Assembly (NCBI RefSeq): GCF_964355755.1
Contig: NC_092672.1
Span: 28,092,437 to 28,156,436, forward strand
Direction of reading: 5' to 3'
Length of the DNA stretch: 64,000 nucleotides
Origin: Antedon mediterranea
Lineage: Eukaryota; Animalia; Echinodermata
Under the pieces are notes generated by a model. The model did not search any database, had not been told where the DNA came from, and was given only the letters and a program-made list of their open reading frames with translations. A program made the position numbers and the translations under genes. The number at the start of each line of letters is the position of its first letter. Position 1 is the stretch's first letter. Below, piece by piece: positions 12,601 through 42,359 of this stretch.

Positions 12601-14194
12601 ACACGTTCTAGAACAGATATACACATACCTATCCACAACACCAATGATGAACAGTTTACCACCCCCAATTACAAATGCTGTTTCAATTTCTTTATTTTCC
12701 AAAAAAATTAAAACAACACCTAATGTTAAACTATTAAAAAGACAACGATCGAATGTCGCAATTTGATTTTTTTATGCTGCTGAACATTGATCTACTGTGA
12801 TTTTTGAGTTTTATTTTCTGATATTACAATTTGATTGATCTATTTTTTTTTTCCCTGTTTGTGCATTTTTTTGTCATGCTTGTTTCTCTTAATTTCCACT
12901 CTTATACAAATATCCATTATATTTACATAGGCATACCCAGTACAAGATTTCCACATCGTCTCGGGATTATGCCTTCCTCCATGGCCAATTTTCTAAAATT
13001 CTCTTTTCTTTTATATATCCAACAATCATCTTTATCATTTTTACTAAAACATTATCATTTCTGTATTTTACTTTGTAGTGTATTGCTATGGAGGAAAATA
13101 AATGTCTTTTGAATTGAATTGAATTGAATAGAACAAAATGACTTCTGAATAAGAGGTGTCCCTTGAATAGGGATTGGCAACGTATATTGCCCCTCAATAG
13201 TTTTTAACACAGGAAGTGTCCTCATTTCAGAAATGAGAGGTGTCTCCTGGATAGGGGTGTCCCAGAGGAGGAGTTCTGATGTACCTTGATGGTGCTGTGA
13301 AGTCTAGTAGGTTTTAGGTCCTTTTCTTCCATAGATTTAGACATATCCAAAATGATGAATAGATGCCGCATCTGTAGAGGGAAACATTTTTTGGGTGTTA
13401 AATACAATTGTTTAAAGCTTTATCTACACAACCAAGCTTTATGTGACAAACAAATGTGATATATGGACACACGATATCGTCATATCACTAACATATTTGG
13501 GTACATCACACTTTTTTGTCACATAAAAATTGATAGTGTAGAGAGAGCATTAGGCTTTTTGGAAAAACTACAATTCAAGTTTTTCTGTGGTTAAGTTATA
13601 GTTATAGGGTTGTGGCTAAATCAAATCAGTACAATACCTACCATGCCGAGACGAACATTAACAGGTCGGTCAAGGAACCTTCTACGCTTAGCTCTGTGTA
13701 TGATGTCATCAACTGTGCTTTGTAATGAGCCTTGTTCATCTTCCTTGATAGCTTCCCTGATGAAATTAAGTAAATCGTAATAACAAATTTGTTCACTGTA
13801 TCTTCAGTGTACTGAATAAACGATCAAGAATGATTAAGAACAAACGAAGTGGCCTGGCAAATATTTTAAATACAGCCCATATGTAGGCCTACTGTATCCA
13901 AGGAGTTCATCTCCAAGATGTACCAAGAGGGACAAATGAGCTACACTATCAAACTTTATGTAAAAAAAATATGCCCATATATGGAAATGATGATTTCATA
14001 TCACTAACATATTTGGGCACATTACACTTTTTGTCAAAGTGTGACAGTGTAAGACAGAGCTTTTAGCTCCAATAAATTCTTAAGCGTATATTTTTATTAT
14101 TATTACTGTACTTTCTTTTTCTAAAATAAGAGGCTTACCAGGTGCGTTCATAGTCCCCCTCCCATGTGTATGCCTTGTCTTGTTCTTCATCCAT
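6628..14194 (-). CDS. GTF2H2: General transcription factor IIH subunit 2 (p44/Ssl1), complete, 13 coding exons, 393 aa
   Basis: Exons in transcript order: 14139-14194, 13642-13756, 13285-13371, 11547-11597, 10857-11017, 9295-9385, 9087-9174, 8705-8781, 8545-8575, 8324-8372, 8012-8115, 7167-7275, 6628-6790 (1182 nt, all GT-AG, phases consistent). Peptides [83 protein letters not shown] and the C-terminal zinc finger LHSCPGC. Confidence 0.97.
6863..7141. repeat. Same ~43-bp minisatellite in the last GTF2H2 intron
   Basis: About 6-7 units of CATACAGAATTGGTTCTGTCAACTACTGTAGGAACCCCTTGGCTAGT. Confidence 0.85.
7674..7990 (+). mobile_element. Non-autonomous DNA transposon, Kolobok-like (TTAA target); inverted copy at 56506-56809
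   Basis: TTAA|AGATATATTGTCCCC left end and GGGACAATA right end; internal sequence is the reverse complement of 56530-56690. Confidence 0.55.
9321..10063. repeat. Six tandem 124-bp units, each containing a GTF2H2 3' splice site plus 65 nt of coding exon 6
   Basis: Units start at 9321, 9445, 9569 (123 bp, 1-nt deletion), 9692, 9816, 9940; near identical with a few substitutions. Confidence 0.95.
10407..10719 (-). mobile_element. tRNA-headed Deu/Nin-domain SINE, full length
   Basis: Minus strand: A-box TGGCCGAGCGG, B-box GGTTCGAGGC, central TCTCGGATAAGGACTATAAACCGTAGGTCC...TTAAAGAACC...GAGTAGGGGGTTACCCCG, (TCAA)n tail; AAGAGA duplicated at 10401-10406 and 10720-10725. Confidence 0.85.
11832..12500 (-). 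mobile_element. 3' end of a CR1/L2-group LINE (ORF2 C-terminus, 3' UTR, (TTA)n tail)
   Basis: ORFs 12253-12510 and 12027-12260: YKSII...FDYCNVVW...[12 protein letters not shown]...LNW, then YNTR...[13 protein letters not shown]; tail at 11832-11860. Second copy of the 3' UTR at ~31763-31955. Confidence 0.85.
12494..13128 (+). mobile_element. 3' end of a second CR1/L2-group LINE with (TTGAA)n tail
   Basis: ORF 12493-12711 (...GKFVFS...[15 protein letters not shown]) resembles ORF2 C-termini; AATAAA followed by (TTGAA)n at ~13097-13128. Confidence 0.55.
13416..13550. mobile_element. ~165-bp MITE family (TIR AGCTCTGTCTACACTATCAAACT), degenerate copy
   Basis: Shares TIR and internal ATATCACTACCATATTTGGGC repeats with copies at ~13941-14064, 16160-16321, 25301-25472, 31709-32047, 45572-45740. 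Confidence 0.7.
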
Positions 14195-15173
14195 TATCTG
14201 CAAATAATAAGTTTAAATACATGTTAGTAAAATTTGAAGCAAATATTAACATTTTTCACTGAACTATTACTACTGTACTAACATTTTAAAAATGTAACTC
14301 TATCTATCTTAATATAATAATTATTGATATAATAATTCACTTGGAAGCTACACTTTTGAAACAGTGGCACACTTCTTGAATGAAGGTGCATGCTATGTTT
14401 TTTTGTTATTTTAGGCCTATTTACAAGGAATTATTATGTACACAATATAGAAAATAAAACACAAAAGTAATACAGGATTAAACAAACAAAGAACTAAGCA
14501 TTTTCATTGTTGATTTTCCTTTTTTTTTCCATGCTGGTTTGGTTAAACTTTTACAAAATCTATTGAATGTAAATCAATATCTATCTTATTCTTATTTGCA
14601 TGTCACTCTCCTATGATTAAATAATAACATATTAATTAATTGTATTTACATTTTCATAATCTTAGTATGTATTTTTAATGAGATGCAAATAAATTCATCA
14701 AGTCCCAGTCTTTCATACATTGGGGCTGGGGCGAAACGACTCGAGACAGAATAGCACGCAATGCTGGCGCTGACTGCCTATGTAGACGAAGATGTGTTTC
14801 TTACTACTCTTATAAATCTAGCCTAGGCCTACACGTTTTACTCTCTGGCTAGTATATAATAGTATATAGCTAGGACCTGAAATGTTTGAGTTATTCCAGA
14901 TTACAGACACAGCTTTTACACAAAAAGTTTACGATTATGTAATGAGTTATAATTAATAACTCAAAGAAATACACACCAAATAATTTCAGATAACTTTTTC
15001 GGTTTGTTGTTTAATAAACGCCCTCACTCAGACCTCAATTATTGAATATGGAACGCCCCAGAATTTAAAGTTCAACTCAGTTTGGCTTGAATTACCTTAA
15101 AAAATGGTTTAATGATATCATACACATTACCATATTTATTCCAACAAATAATTCTTTAAAGTGATTTTATTAC

Positions 15174-15386
15174 CGGTTGTATATTTTTTGCTGTACGATG
15201 ACAGAAAAACAATATCGACATCGAAGACACACATGGCGCGTCATGATTTTTCATGCTGCAGCACTTTTTGTTGGAGGCGGCTTCCGACGACAGGATGGTG
15301 ATGAATACTTTGCTAATGTTGCGTTAAAATAATGAAAAACTACCTTTATCTTGGAAAGCTTGCGTAATAAACAAATATACACAATA
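15174..15386. promoter_or_regulatory. Bidirectional GTF2H2/OPA1 promoter and 5' UTRs
   Basis: Minus-strand donor (CCG|GTAAT, 15174/15173) fits a non-coding GTF2H2 exon 1 spliced to the acceptor at 14197. OPA1 ATG is at 15387. CpG-rich core with YY1-like ACATGGCG (~15231) and ETS-like CTTCCG (~15281). Confidence 0.6.
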
Positions 15387-32592
<17,206 letters not shown>

Positions 32593-33776
32593 GTAAGTTG
32601 AAATCATTTTTTTTTATCTATTGCTTTGAAATTAAAACTGTTGTAAACACTGTTTCCATCAATTCTTTACAACAATTGTGGAGAAATGTTTTTTTATTAT
32701 TCTGTACGTACTACAGATTTACATTAAAAATAATAATTACTGCTGCAAAATAAGTATTTTTGTTGCATGTTCAGAACGAATATGCAATTTTTTTCAGTAC
32801 TGTTTGTGAGAATAGGCAACTTAAATATCACTTCATTTTATTTAATTTATTTCATTAAAAAGAAGTACTGACATTAATTAGTAGCAAAACAATGTACATA
32901 CATTAAGAATAGTGATGAGTTTACCAAAAAGCGAAAACAAAATAACTATCAACTTGTTTACCAAAGTAGAAATATGATAAAGAGATAGACAAAGAAATAC
33001 TTTAAAATATAAAAAAAATTGGCTTTGTTGTCAATAATATATGAAATAGGGGGCGCTATATTATTCACATTTTATTGTCTAGTTTGTCTTGGCTACAGTT
33101 TCATGCCATTCTCATTGTGTTATAACACAGAGATATCACTATTATACAGATATTGCCTGCTTAGAGGTGAAATATAAGATTTGACATCCAAGGGAACGAT
33201 GTTATGTTCGAGGGAATATATATTTCCAGAAGCGCAGCTATGTCCGAGAACATAATATCATCTCGAGGAGATGTTAAATCTTGTATTTTACCGATATAAA
33301 AGGCGATATCTGTTATATTACATAGCCAAGTCATGTGATGCAGTTTCAACCAATCACGTTCACGTATTTACAAAGGCTATGTAATATAAATATCTGTATG
33401 GTTATATTTATATATACTTTTTTATTATTATTAATTAGTTAGTATTATCATTTATATAGCACCCATTTCTATGAAAAGCTCAGCGGCGCTTCACATACTG
33501 TCAGAACATTGGTAAAAATAAAAAGTCTTGAAAATGTTTTTAAACTGGTCATTCAAATGTTTAAGGCAACTTGGCAAATTGTTCCAGATTTTTGGTCCAG
33601 CAACGAGTGGGCAGCAAATGTCTTTCATTTAGTTTAGTTTATCGATTGATGTGAATACCCTTCCCTCACTGTTGCACTTGCAGTGTATAATGTATACCCT
33701 TTATTTCTCCTTTTTTGTACCCAACATTTATGCTGGCTAGGCAAACTCAATGAGTATTATAATTTTGTTCATCATT

Positions 33777-33918
33777 TACGGCCATACTGTAATTGTAATT
33801 ACAGTACGGCCATACTGCGTTGAAACACCGGTTCTCGTCAGATCACCGAAGTTAAGCAACGTTGGGCCCGGTTGCGTTCTGGATGGGAGACCGTCTAGAA
33901 ATCGTGGCGGGTGCTGTA
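33777..33918 (+). pseudogene. 5S rRNA-derived sequence, probably the head of a composite SINE
   Basis: TACGGCCATAC..GTTGAAACACCGGTTCTCGTCAGATCACCGAAGTTAAGCAACG..GGGCCCGGTT..TGGATGGGAGACCG..GGGTGCTGTA follows animal 5S, but with substitutions/indels, a 13-bp 5' duplication, and no oligo-T terminator. Confidence 0.85.
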
Positions 33919-33924
33919 TATACT

Positions 33925-34125
33925 GGAGAGTGATGGTGTAATGGTAATATCGGACTAGCATGTGATAGGCATGGGTTCGAGGTTATCTGTACCATACTAA
34001 TTGCATCCTAGGCAAGATGCTTTACTCTCATTGCCTAATCTGGTAGGCGCTGCACTGCTGGCTGCCGTGGGTCCGTGGAGGGCCTAATCCGAATTTCCTC
34101 ACTGAGGACAAATATTATTAATTAA
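33925..34125 (+). mobile_element. tRNA-like segment plus SINE body directly following the 5S-like sequence
   Basis: A-box TGGTGTAATGG, B-box GGGTTCGAG; body TCCTAGGCAAGATGCTTTACTCTCATTGCCT resembles the 3354-3660 SINE body; AT-rich tail. Confidence 0.6.
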
Positions 34126-37100
34126 TATTAATACAAAATACAAATTTGAAAAAAAATATATTCTTCAATTCTTCAGCATATGACCCTATTCAAAGACACT
34201 TTGACAAAGACACAAAAACCTCTATTGACAGACCAACATAATTACAAAGCTATTAAAAGGCCATTGATATCAAGTAAAATTCCTCAAATATAGATTTCTA
34301 TCTTTTTTCTCAATATATATTTTCATCAATTTTGTGAATTTTCTGTGAAGGATGGAATAAAGTTTATCTGTATCATTAAATAACATCTTCAGTTAATTAA
34401 AAATTCCGCAGCCAATACAAAATTATCAATTAATTTTTTAACTAATAAAGTTTGCATGATCAGTCATTACCTCACATCGCAACAAATTGAGATTACAGAT
34501 TAATTTTTTTTGAGTGGAATCCGTTAAACATGTTTCTACAAGCCATTTATCTGTTAATTTTTATCGGTTAATGATTGGTTAATTTTTAGCTGCGGAAACA
34601 CCGTCGGCCTTTAGTTGAATTTAGCCATGGATAAATATAAACTTGGCCCAAAATTAGTCTTAATTAATTTTGTGAAAAAACCTACAATTTCTATTAGTGT
34701 GAGAATCCTTGACATCATGAAGACGTGCCCAATAAGTACGCCCCAGCAAAGACTTCACAGCATGTGCATGTCATGTTGTAACTGTATCGTTACAATGTCT
34801 TGAGATATGTATATGATTTCTCATACTGTATATTTTATTTATTAATCAAAACAATATTTCTGTGTATGTATAAGTACGATGGATTGAAATTGAGATTAGG
34901 TAATAGCAAACTGTTAAATCACATTAAATATGGCAAATAAATGCAAAAATAGGAAATTGGGTGAAAGATTGTTTCCCTGAAAAAAGTGATTTATTGGTCA
35001 TTCATAATGACACTTAATAATTCACTTTGACCAAAAATTTACATGATCGAACCGTTAAAAAAAGTCAACTGAAAGTCCATTGACAGACAATGTTTAAATA
35101 TAACCTACAGTACGCGTAGCTGGCCTACGCAAAGTTTTATTTTATTCATCTTTATTTTTCATGTTTTTGGAGGACAATACATCATTTGAAGTTCGAGCAG
35201 TTTGTTTACAATTTTTATATCCCCAGAGAACCCTGCCAGCCTAATGGTTCTTTTAAAACAGAATATAATGTGTTTTGAAAAATATGTATTGAAAAACATT
35301 TCTTATGAATATATAGGCCTATATATTATATTATGTGTGTTTTGTCTATCTATATGTTTAACAATTGACAATGTTCTAAAAAAAATCATTGTTTGCGCTG
35401 TTTTTTTTTATTTGAAAGGTGAACGTCTTTTACGTTGACCCACTTATTTTCTAAAACTGATAAAAGTTAAATTAAATCAACTTTACATGGTTTGAATTAC
35501 TTCTAAGCTAAATTGAATGGAATTTAGTTGTTGTGTATTCTCACCAACGGAATGTAAAATACAGGCAAAAATATATCATCTTTTATTGCAAAGAACAAAA
35601 ATTGTCTTGTTGACAAAGATTGGCTTATTAACCAATTGTTCCATCTCCCACTGTTTAATTTTTAGGTAGCAAAATCCAGCAATTTGTCGTTGCCTACCTT
35701 TTCACCTGTCTCCCTCTGTAAACAATACCTTAATAGCAACCTCTCATCCAGACCCCATGCGGGAGCGTGTTAGCAAAATGTACATAGATAAACATTGGAA
35801 TGCGGCAAACGTGATAATGAAGGAGAATATTCTTTGAGGTGGCGGTTCTCGTCACTCAGGCTAATTTTGAACAACGCGTATAGAGTGAGCGCACTCAGTG
35901 GTATGTCGTTAGATTATTTGCCAAGAGACGGCATGACCGCGGCTCGATGTGCGGAGGCGGCCTTCAAAGTGATAATATAATCATGTGTTAAATTGTTACA
36001 ATTTGTAGCAGTTTACTTTTAGGTGCAAATGCCGAAAAAGGCCAAGCCAGTTGTTATGGGAGAGCAGTAGGGTGCGCCTTTCAGGCAATTGCCGTTTGTA
36101 ATCGATACCGTCATCCTGCGCTGATCTAAGAACGCCGTAATTGAAGATAATAAACGGAGGAGATTAACCTAAAGTTTAATAACCAGATGAGAATGAGGAA
36201 GCCTATGGCATAGGCCAGCCTCGTGCTTATTACAAGTTAAGATGTAATTAATCGTAATTCAACAGCAGGGAATAAGATAGGAACCAGAAAGTGGCTTTAG
36301 TATCCGTTGCAATGTATCAAGCTAGGCCCCTGCCATCTTCACTCTCACTTTCACTGAATAATGCTAACACAACAGGTTTATGTTTTAATAACTATTTTTA
36401 ACCTCAATTGAACTACAGCGGCCAAGAAAAGTGCCCAAGTTACGCTCCGTTTACACACAGTAGCAGATCCAAAAATTTCACATAGGGGCTGGGAGCGTAG
36501 TTATAAAAATGTGTAAAGTAGTATTATATAACACGTCCATATTCAGAATGGAAGTAATTGTTTGTGTAATATAAAAACAAAAATAGATTCTAAGATTTGT
36601 CACCCTCTCGATCTGTACATTCTTGGATAACACATAAAAATCATTGTTTTCTGTCTTTTTCAAATGACAGTAGATGTATTATATATTTGTATAGGCTTTA
36701 TTATTACCCATTATAGAAAATTCAGGACTTTAACAATCGTTTTAGAATTTTTAATATCAAATTGTTATGTTTCTGAAACATATAATAATTATATTTAACA
36801 AGAAATATTACTTTACACTTTAAATGTTTTTCAATTAAGCATTTTTTTATCATTTATTTAAAAAAGACATGGCAGTGTGTCTATTTTACATCTATTCAAA
36901 TTTGAAAAGTAGAAACATTTAAAAAATATCAACAAAATCAGCAAGAACAATTACAAAAACTGACTCCAAATAATTATTTATTTTTGTTTTAATTTAATAC
37001 GCATCTAGCAACGAGTAACTTGCCAATTACAGGACGGATAAAGTACTGTGTACTGTATTTTATATTTATCATGCTAAGTGTCATTAGTCTTTAGAGGATT

Positions 37101-39924
37101 AAGGAGTGGAGTTGAAAGATTCGTGAGTTACAACTCTGGCACTAGGTCAGGATTGAACTCTGGACCTCGATTGGACGCCAAACATATTAAAAACAAACAT
37201 AATCAGTGCATTGTGCATCTATTGTATGTTTTCTGCAGTATTAATTTTTTATATAAGAAAATTTATGGGGAATTCCTATGCACTAAACATTCTTCTAAAA
37301 AAGAAAGTAAAGGTATTGAAAGTTTAACAATAGTAATTAACAATTGCATTATTAACAAAACAGTTTGCATTGTTGAAAAAAAGGATCAGAAAATCCTGAT
37401 TATAGTGCCACTTCCCCAAGGTAAGCTTCTTAAATCACTTTTAATCTGTTTAATCTAATCTGTCAATTATACCAGTTTATTAAAACACAAAACAGAAGTC
37501 ATTTATGTTTGGTTTAAGACCCCTATTCAACTAGAAAACATCCCACGGAACTTTAGACGCCATAGTCAGACATCCCCTGCTAATTGTATCTAGACTTAAA
37601 AGAAAGTTTAGTGACCCTTACGTGCTGTACCCACGTGCTAGCATTGTTTAAAACCTTTATTTGGTGTTTATTTATCCACGAGACTGCCTTGCAAATGTTT
37701 TTGATTCCTGGAACATATCAACCAGGCTCTTATTCTTAAAAAAAGTTTGAGCGAAAAGACCTCATACTATTACACTAATTGATGCACCACCTACTATTAA
37801 AGCGTCGTTACTCCATGTTTTAGTTTAGAAACAGACTTCAAGACCAGGAGTTAAGACAGCCGTTGGGACATGTAATTAGAAATATAACAGGGCTCACAGC
37901 TTGTGGGAAGGACTTGATAAGCAATTACTATGCGATGGTAAACAAGTATCCGATTTGATAATTTATCATAACTAAACATCATTATTGTACTTTTAAAGTA
38001 CTTTAATTAACAATAGCCAGCACATCCACAAATAATGGAGCAAATATCCTTCATGCACAAACAATAGACCTTTATCATGTTGTCCTGTAAACAAATTGCG
38101 TCACAAATAAAAGTTTGTAAGTATTACATAGAACATCATCTTATTCTTAGTTCCATATTTTATTGATGCATGCAGAAATAAATAATGATTTAGCAATGTG
38201 TACTGTTTAATTATTTTACAGTATTCATTTTTTTCAATATGCATATATTCAGAAATATAGGAAAATAACTAAAAAGAAAAACAAACAAAAGATACATAAA
38301 GTGGGGTGGGGGGGGGGATATGTGTGTCAATACATTTTTCACCTAAAATCCCTATAATTAAGGTGTTGCGTTCCTAAGAAACAAACCAGATATACTGCAT
38401 TTTTCAACACCAAGGCCAACCTTTATTCAAGGGACACTTTGTTGGACCCTGGACGTGTCCCCTTATAGGAGTTCTACTGAGTAGTAAATGTTGTAATAAT
38501 AAAATTGTGTAAATAATTAACCAAAAGCCATTAATAACATTTATAAATAACTATCATTATCATTGGAGCAAATATCCTTCATGCACAAACAATAGACCTT
38601 TATCATGTTGTCCTGTAAACAAATTGCTTCACAAATAAAAGTTTAGCAATGTCTACTGTAAATATTTTACAGTATTCAATAAAGAGTAAAATGATACTGT
38701 ACATTACTAAATCATTATCATTTTTCCAAGAATAATTTCCAAGAAGAATAAAACATTCCTATACTTCATGGCTGATACAAATACAACCCATAAAATCACC
38801 AATTAGAAGAAAATAATTTGTTAAATTCTCTGTGGCTGAATTGTGAGTGGCTGGTGAGACAGATTTATATAGGCTTTTTAAATGTGTTGTCACGCTTCAC
38901 ATGTATGTAACTTGCCTGCTTACATGATTTATGGTCTGTGCTGTTATCTACTGATGCATCACAGATTTCCATGTATGATCTTAACCAGGTAATCAGTTTG
39001 GAATTTGAATTCAGTAGCAGGTTTTAGAAGTTAGCTAGGTAAACACATTGGAATTTATAAATAGTGTTATGGTACTGTACTTCTAATAACATACAGGTGT
39101 ACTCACTCCATGCAAACAAAACTAAAAATGTATTTTTTCTGTTCCATACTCCTCCATTTTAAGGCAATATTCAACACGCTCTAAAAACAAATTCTGTATT
39201 AAATACATTAGGTATAATTTTTCATGGCCATGTTTTTTTGTGAATATGGATCCATCTATGATTAAATAGCCTTAAGCAAAATGTAGTTTGATCAAAGAAA
39301 TTGTATTATGTAAATGTAAAAAAAGTTAGAATTAATCTGTATTTTTCTTGTGATGTTTACACAATGTTATATGCTGCCCTCACCGTTTTGAACAGACAGT
39401 TTAGACTGAATCTGGATGCAATCCCAAGTATATCCCACCCACTGACTTTCCCCAACTTTTATTAAATTTGCATTGGGGTTGGGGCTAGTGGTTTTGAGCG
39501 TACACCCTTTTACAGTGAACGCTCCTTATTCCACAGCAAACCCCTAAACAAAAACCATCTCTGACCTGGCACATTGTTCTAATAAAAATCTAATAAAATG
39601 AGAAATGGAAATATTGCTTATTTAAAATAAAATAAATTCAATAATGAACATGAAAACGATGTTGAATGAAAATGAACAAAAGAGTTTACAACACAAGTTA
39701 AGGATAATAAAATTAATATTTTTGGATTAATTTCCCCTGATGTTTGCATTGAACGCAAACAAAATGTTATCCCATAGTATTTACCACCGATGGAAAAAGT
39801 AGACTGATGCGCCGGAGTGTCATTTTAAGCAAACTAGAGGTTTAGCTCCTACCCTGCTTGTCAGATCCTGTCTCCCTGAACATACAGGTCTGGTTAAACC
39901 CAATTAATTCATCTATTTAAATGT

Positions 39925-40065
39925 ATATTATTTGAAGGTTTGCATGGCAAAATTAAATGTTGGTATAAAGTTTGCGGTACACCACGTATATTAGTTCTGA
40001 AAAGAACTGTTGAGTTTCTCGACGTTTCGATCAAAATGCTTTGGTCGTCCTCAGGAGTGAGAATG
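39925..40065 (-). mobile_element. Penelope-like terminal repeat fragment with minimal hammerhead ribozyme motif (40018-40057)
   Basis: Minus strand CTC-CTGAGGA-C-GACC..GATC-GAAA-C-GTC-GAG; homologous to 15914-16045. Confidence 0.6.
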
Positions 40066-40835
40066 TTTTTTATTTAAATGTAATTGCAATTAATAAGTAA
40101 TAAAAATATTAAAAACATAATTGCTGCTCTGTCACAAAATGCACGTCAACTGAACTTCATCAATGACGTTGCAATGTCGTTAACAAAGAGGATGGTTTCA
40201 AGACAAGACAAGTTAAACAAGTATACATAGCTCGCTCTCTCTCTCTCTCAAAATTCCAAATCTGCTATTTCTCAACACTTTTAAATCTCTCTCTATTAAG
40301 GATAAATCGTTTAGGATTACCAGCATCAGGTATTATAATTTCAAGATAAACAGCTTTAATGTTTGATTTCAATTTAATCAGAATTATTATTTGAGATTAA
40401 CTGAATGAATATCACAGATCTCAAACAGGAGAAACATGTTAAATAATTAGTTTACATCTGTTTTTTATGACTGTTTTAAAATTGTTTTTTTCGTGTTTAT
40501 GAATAACAATTTCTAATTGAATTATTTCGATGCTATGTCAGTGTATTCATTTTGCATTGTATTTCACATATTTAAAAATTTGGCCAAAAAATTAATATTT
40601 AAAAGTGTGGATATGATAACGCAAAATATGGGTATTCATGTTTTTACATTTTTATTTGTGTTTCAAGTGCAAAGATAATAGTTGTCCTCCAGTTAAACTT
40701 GTCATTGTATGCTGTTTTGTCTTTCTAAAGCTGGTGTGAATCGAAAGTGTTAATGTGCATGCGTATTTATATTTTCATCTACTGTTTGTGAGTTGGAAAA
40801 GCGCACGAATGTGCTATTTGCATGAATATTATTAT

Positions 40836-41174
40836 CAGGCTCGTATCCAGACGCACCCCCTCCCCCCAAGTCCCAAAAGGTCCACTATTTCCTTGGTTTG
40901 TATTTTTTCTTGTCTTGTTTAACTACGGTAAAGACAATATCATTATATATATATATACAAAATTTACATTATCAATGGTATACAAACAAAAATATGTTAA
41001 CTTGCCCAAGCCACAACAAAAAGTCTTAAATCAGTCTTTAGAATGTCAAATAACGCAAATTTTGTACCCTGCACCCTGACTGGGGGTCCTTGGCGGCCCC
41101 CAGGCCCTCAGCCATTGTTGCTCGCTTCGCTCGCATCCCCCCCCCCCCCATTATAAATGCTGCATACAGGCCTG
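40836..41174. mobile_element. hAT-like MITE
   Basis: Imperfect TIR CAGGCTCGTATCCAG / CTGCATACAGGCCTG with GC-rich subterminal motifs; no clean TSD. Confidence 0.5.
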
Positions 41175-42359
41175 AATATATTTACTATACTAATGGAAAA
41201 TAGGCTTTAAGAATATCACTATAATAAATATGCTCATCTGGGCACAGTGATGAATGATCTATTTTACATAGCTTGAATCTTTTAAATAATACTTGACTAC
41301 CCTAAAATCAGACTTGTGGCTAGCCCAAATGTCCAGTCTTTTTTAGTTTTTTATGTTGGCAGTACTTAAAAATTCTAAGCCATGAGCACTGCGGTTTTTT
41401 TAATGACATCAATTCCCTTCTAGGCTTCAACATTCGATTCATGATGTAAGCAGTGGATGAATTAAAGAAAGTAAATGAATGAAAAAAAAATGAATAGATG
41501 AAAAGTTTACTTTAGAACACAGTGTGTGTAAAACAAATACTGAATGTTTTTAGCCATGTTGAATGGAGAGAATATTTAATTTGTTTAAAGATAGTCTTTC
41601 AACTCATGAAACTCATTCAATGACTGCACACATGCATTTATGTATCATTACTGACCACCTTTATGTCTGACCATATACCATTACTTTTTTAACAACAGGC
41701 CATTATTTTTTTGTACAGAGGCTGGAGTGAAAGGTTTGGGTGTTGTTTTATAGTTTTAGATCTTCAAAACGAACTGTATGGGAATAATATAGTTTTGTTC
41801 TACCCAGAAAAATATGGATATATAAAAGGTTGATGATGTATGCCAGGTGTTTAGGGAGACACAGGTGGTATTTGCATGGTGGTAACTACCAGGTGATCAT
41901 ATATCATCATATTAATACCTCTATAAGGTATATTAATCTTAAGTCATGACATATTCAACTTTGCCTTATACCTGTGCTACCCCTGCTGTATCAGTATGAT
42001 AATAGAATTATTGGGTCAATGTTCAGACTCACTGCTTAACAGTAGAGTTATGCACACGGCGGTGTGTTATGTACGTGGGGGTACAAATTCATGTCCCTGA
42101 AATAGCCAGATTGGCTACGTCTTGAATCTAGCATTTAAAATGTGTAACCAATTTTTATTTATTTATTTTGGTATAAAACATGAACACTAGCAGCCTGAAG
42201 GTAGAAAATGTTGCAAAAACATAATTAAGATATAAAAATAAAGAACTATAATATAATCGTGTTATTACAATTGCAAACATTTTTAAACTTGATTATATAA
42301 CCATGGATTACCAAACGCTACTACTGTAAAACCAGAATTTAAGAAAAGTTTATGATGTA

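Noticed and set aside
32775-32809. Nearby candidate terminal OPA1 exon (KRICNFFQYCL*)
   Set aside because: Phase fits, but the acceptor is weak and the peptide does not resemble the conserved OPA1 C-terminus.
33805-33918. Functional 5S rRNA gene
   Set aside because: Single copy, diverged 3' half, duplicated 5' end, no oligo-T terminator, and fused to SINE-like sequence.
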